The position numbers were made by a program, and so were the translations under genes. Positions 37,721 through 40,483 of a DNA stretch of 40,483 bases are shown piece by piece. Numbering within the stretch: the stretch's first letter is position 1; each line of letters begins with the position of its first letter. Where the stretch lies: IMG/VR virus record IMGVR_UViG_3300035394_000219, positions 1 through 40,483 of that record; one strand, written 5' to 3'. This stretch comes from a virus (taxonomy: Duplodnaviria; Caudoviricetes). The notes under the pieces were generated by a model, which was not told the DNA's origin, searched no databases, and was given only the letters and a program-made list of their open reading frames with translations.

Positions 37721-38588
37721 TTTATGGAAAAAATGTAAATATTGTGGTTATATCACAGATAATAAAATCAAGTTTGCTAAGCATTGCTTATACACACATA
37801 AACTTAACAGATCAAATTACATTCTCCAAACCCAATATAGTGGAATAACCCCCACCTGCATTTGTGGGTGTGGAACTGCGATGAAATATAATCCTGTGTT
37901 AGGGAAATTCCCCTCTTATATCAAAAAACATCTTCACATCATCCAAAAAGGTAAAACCCAAGAAGAAATATTCGGTGATATGAATTCACCTAAAAGAATT
38001 AAAGCCATATCGGATGCAAGAAAAGAAAGATTTGCTTCTGGTGAATATGATCATATAAAATCCTCTATATTAATAGCAAGAAAAGACCCTGAATTGGGTT
38101 TGAAGATATCCAAAGGAACAAAAGGTATTCCCAAACCAAAACCTGAAGGATTTGGAGTTGGAAGAAAACACTCAGATGAAACTAAAGAGAAAATGAGTAA
38201 AACCGCAATTAATAAATGGGAAACCGGTGATATAGGAAAACGATCATACAACCAATCAAAATTAGAAACACTATTTGAAATTTTATTAGATAATTTAGAT
38301 TTAATTTATATTAGATCATATTATGCTAAGGAAATAAAAGCATTTTACGATTTTTATTTACCTAAATTTAATATTATAATAGAAGTTGATGGAGATTTTT
38401 GGCATTCAAATCCAATGAAATATAAAGATGGACCTATAAGTAAATGTCAGATAAAAAATTATGATAGAGATAAAGTAAAGAATCAATGGGCTAAAGATAA
38501 TGGATACAAGATGTTAAGATTTTGGGAATATGATATAAATAATAATAGACAACAAGTAATCCAAACACTATTAGACCATCTCAAATAG
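37695..38588 (+). CDS. Free-standing putative homing endonuclease (Zn finger, CxCGCG, NUMOD3, DUF559/Vsr-like); true start probably 37724 with a frameshift
   Basis: CKYC..H...H, CICGCG, GRKHSDETKEKMS, YDFYLPKFNIIIEVDGDFWH...RDKVKN...GYKMLRFWEYD. Confidence 0.75.
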   Translation: MYNKTNRIFLWKKCKYCGYITDNKIKFAKHCLYTHKLNRSNYILQTQYSGITPTCICGCGTAMKYNPVLGKFPSYIKKHLHIIQKGKTQEEIFGDMNSPKRIKAISDARKERFASGEYDHIKSSILIARKDPELGLKISKGTKGIPKPKPEGFGVGRKHSDETKEKMSKTAINKWETGDIGKRSYNQSKLETLFEILLDNLDLIYIRSYYAKEIKAFYDFYLPKFNIIIEVDGDFWHSNPMKYKDGPISKCQIKNYDRDKVKNQWAKDNGYKMLRFWEYDINNNRQQVIQTLLDHLK

Positions 38589-38602
38589 CCCAAATATATG
38601 AG

Positions 38603-38637
38603 GAGCTTGCCTATTTTAGGTAGGCTCTTTATCTTTT
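38603..38637 (+). terminator. Rho-independent terminator
   Basis: GAGCTTGCCTA-TTT-TAGGTAGGCTC plus TTTATCTTTT. Confidence 0.75.
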
Positions 38638-38682
38638 CATATATTTATATATGATAAATAAAGTTATAACAAAATAAAAATT

Positions 38683-39411
38683 ATGAGTGAATTTAAAATT
38701 CCAACAGAAACAATCGAATTACCTTCCAAAGGTTTACTTTATCCTAGTGATTCTGAGCTAGCAAAAGGAACAGTTGAAATGTCTTACATGACCGCCAAGC
38801 ATGAAGATATTCTTACAAATCAATCTTATATTAAAAACGGAACAGTTTTAGATAAATTGATGAAATCTCTTATTATATCACCTATTAAATATGATGAGTT
38901 ATTGATTGGAGATAAAAATGCTATTATGATAGCTGCTCGTGTTTTAGGTTATGGAAAAGATTATACATTTGATTATGAAGGTGAACCTCAATTAGTAGAT
39001 CTTTCAACTATAGAAAATAAACCATTACACGCTGAAATAGAAAAACGCAAGATTAATGAGTTTGAATTTACTTTACCCCATTCCGGCAACCGTGTAACGT
39101 TTCATTTTTTAACGCACAAAGATGAGCAGGATATCAACCGTGAACTTGAAGGACTTAAGAAAATAAATAAAGATTCTTCACCTGAGTTGTCAACTAGAAT
39201 GAAATACATTATTACTTCAGTTGAAGGTAAAACAGAGAAAAAAGATATTAGAGATTTTGTAGATAATTACTTATTAGCAAAAGATTCTCGTGCACTTAGA
39301 GAATACATTAAAGAAATACAACCAGATGTAGACCTGACATTCTTCCCCAGTGAAGATGGGGTTGGAATCAATATCCCAATTGGGGTTAGCTTTTTTTGGC
39401 CTGACATTTGA
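38683..39411 (+). CDS. Baseplate-hub/tail assembly chaperone (T4 gp26-like)
   Basis: PTETIELPSKG, MTAKHEDIL, FTLP.SG, C-terminal IPIGVSFFWP; lies between tube and tape measure. Confidence 0.8.
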   Translation: MSEFKIPTETIELPSKGLLYPSDSELAKGTVEMSYMTAKHEDILTNQSYIKNGTVLDKLMKSLIISPIKYDELLIGDKNAIMIAARVLGYGKDYTFDYEGEPQLVDLSTIENKPLHAEIEKRKINEFEFTLPHSGNRVTFHFLTHKDEQDINRELEGLKKINKDSSPELSTRMKYIITSVEGKTEKKDIRDFVDNYLLAKDSRALREYIKEIQPDVDLTFFPSEDGVGINIPIGVSFFWPDI

Positions 39412-39694
39412 TATAGCACCCCAGGCTAGAGCCGCGATATTTACTCAAGTACATGAAATATGTTTTCATGGAAAAGGAGGATATGATTGGAATACCGTTT
39501 ATAATATGCCTATTTGGCTTCGTCGTTTTATATTTAATAAGATAAATGAGTTTTACTCTAACGAAAAACAACAAATGGAGGATGCTAAAAATGGTAGAAA
39601 ACAAAAAAGTTTAATAGATTCTTCAGGTAATATAAATACTCCTGATTTTGCCCAAGTAAGCCAACAATATAAAAGACCTGCAAAGTATAAATAA
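39392..39694 (+). CDS. T4 gp51-like chaperone extension, probably reached by frameshift from the upstream ORF
   Basis: IFTQVHEICFHGKGGYDWNTVYNMPIWLRRF; +1 frame relative to 38683; T7 run at 39391-39397. Confidence 0.65.
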   Translation, partial: FFGLTFDIAPQARAAIFTQVHEICFHGKGGYDWNTVYNMPIWLRRFIFNKINEFYSNEKQQMEDAKNGRKQKSLIDSSGNINTPDFAQVSQQYKRPAKYK

Positions 39695-39729
39695 CTTTGT
39701 AGGTTTTAATATTTATAATAAAATATCAA

Positions 39730-40483
39730 ATGGCTGATACAAAAGGTCCCAACAAGCAAGATATTAATGAAATAAAAAATGCTTTAAGGGAAATTCAACA
39801 ATTATATGATACTTTAGGAGGTAAAAATCCTTTTGCGGGAGTTGATAGTAAAAAATTAGCTAACTCTGCAGATGAGGTTAAAAGATTAAAAGATAGTCTC
39901 CAAGAAGCTAGAGAAGCCGTTAGTGATATGGAGGGTGAAGCTGGAGACTTATTCAAAAGTTGGAAAGCAATAGCAGATGAGGTTAAAGGAAATAGAAAAG
40001 TATTAAATGATTCTAAAAGTACTGTATCTAAAATAAATGATTTATCTCAAAGGATAAAAGATCATCAATCAAAAATAAATATACTTTCTTCAAAAGATTT
40101 AAATAATATTAAATCTAAATTAGAACAACATAAATCTACCCTTAAAGTCAATAAAGACTTTTTACAAACATCCATAGATGAATTAAATGCTAAAAAAATA
40201 GCAGGAACAGCAACGGCAACAGAACTAAGCCAGCTAAAAGAATCTGAAATAATCCATAAAAATATTACAGGAGGATTAGAAAAAGATTCTGGGATATTAG
40301 ATCAAATTATATCAAAAGCCCAACAAGAAGCTAATTTTAGAAAAGAAATTGAAACAAGTCTAGGGGTTACCGGAGGTATACTTAAAGGAATGTCAAAAAT
40401 TCCTATAATAAAAGATGTTGTAGATACTGAAAAAATATTAAAATCTGCAAATGATGAAATAGAACTTTCAGGATCAGGTGTAA
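39730..40483 (+). CDS. Tape measure protein, N-terminal part (3'-partial)
   Basis: Open to the window edge (MADTKGPNKQDINEIK...), all-helical coiled coil, canonical position after the chaperones. ATATTTAT at 39709. Confidence 0.7.
   Translation, partial: MADTKGPNKQDINEIKNALREIQQLYDTLGGKNPFAGVDSKKLANSADEVKRLKDSLQEAREAVSDMEGEAGDLFKSWKAIADEVKGNRKVLNDSKSTVSKINDLSQRIKDHQSKINILSSKDLNNIKSKLEQHKSTLKVNKDFLQTSIDELNAKKIAGTATATELSQLKESEIIHKNITGGLEKDSGILDQIISKAQQEANFRKEIETSLGVTGGILKGMSKIPIIKDVVDTEKILKSANDEIELSGSGV

Noticed and set aside
39350-39391. Independent start of the gp51-like ORF at ATG 39350
   Set aside because: It is buried in the upstream CDS without the A-rich leader seen at other starts; the slippery T7 explains expression better.
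1215-39604. All minus-strand ORFs in the track (e.g. 1215-1568, 16919-17320, 17779-18342, 26848-27210)
   Set aside because: They lie antisense to well-supported + strand genes or regulatory regions. Ser/Phe-rich translations are the mirror of GAA/GAT-rich codons, and no motifs are present.
1-40483. CRISPR array, tRNA or rRNA genes, IS elements
   Set aside because: No regularly spaced repeats, cloverleafs or transposase motifs were recognised by eye. tRNAscan and CRISPR finders were not run.

Overview
AT-rich, entirely + strand late/structural region of a large T4-superfamily-like myovirus. The host is probably a Bacteroidota: starts are A-rich with no Shine-Dalgarno, there is a TAnnTTTG-type promoter, and a signal peptide is followed by Gln. 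1-5.7 kb holds a holin-like GAF protein, a histone-H1-like protein and a cluster of putative internal head proteins with shared N-terminal leaders, including a PD-(D/E)XK-like nuclease and a kinase split by an A9 run. Next come an FAD oxidoreductase and NadR-type kinase island and a spanin-like pair. The core module follows: terminase, portal, protease, scaffold, major capsid, PhoH, neck gp13/14/15, fibre and adhesin genes including three tandem paralogs, two tail sheaths, tail tube, a gp26/gp51-like chaperone pair joined by a probable +1/-2 frameshift at a T7 run, and the start of a tape measure. Three long free-standing endonuclease ORFs (two flanked by 31-38 bp direct repeats, one probably frameshifted at its start) and up to four decayed relics are interspersed. 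A recurrent ATAT(T/G)TAT motif is the likely late promoter. All family calls come from motif recognition and synteny; no database search was run.
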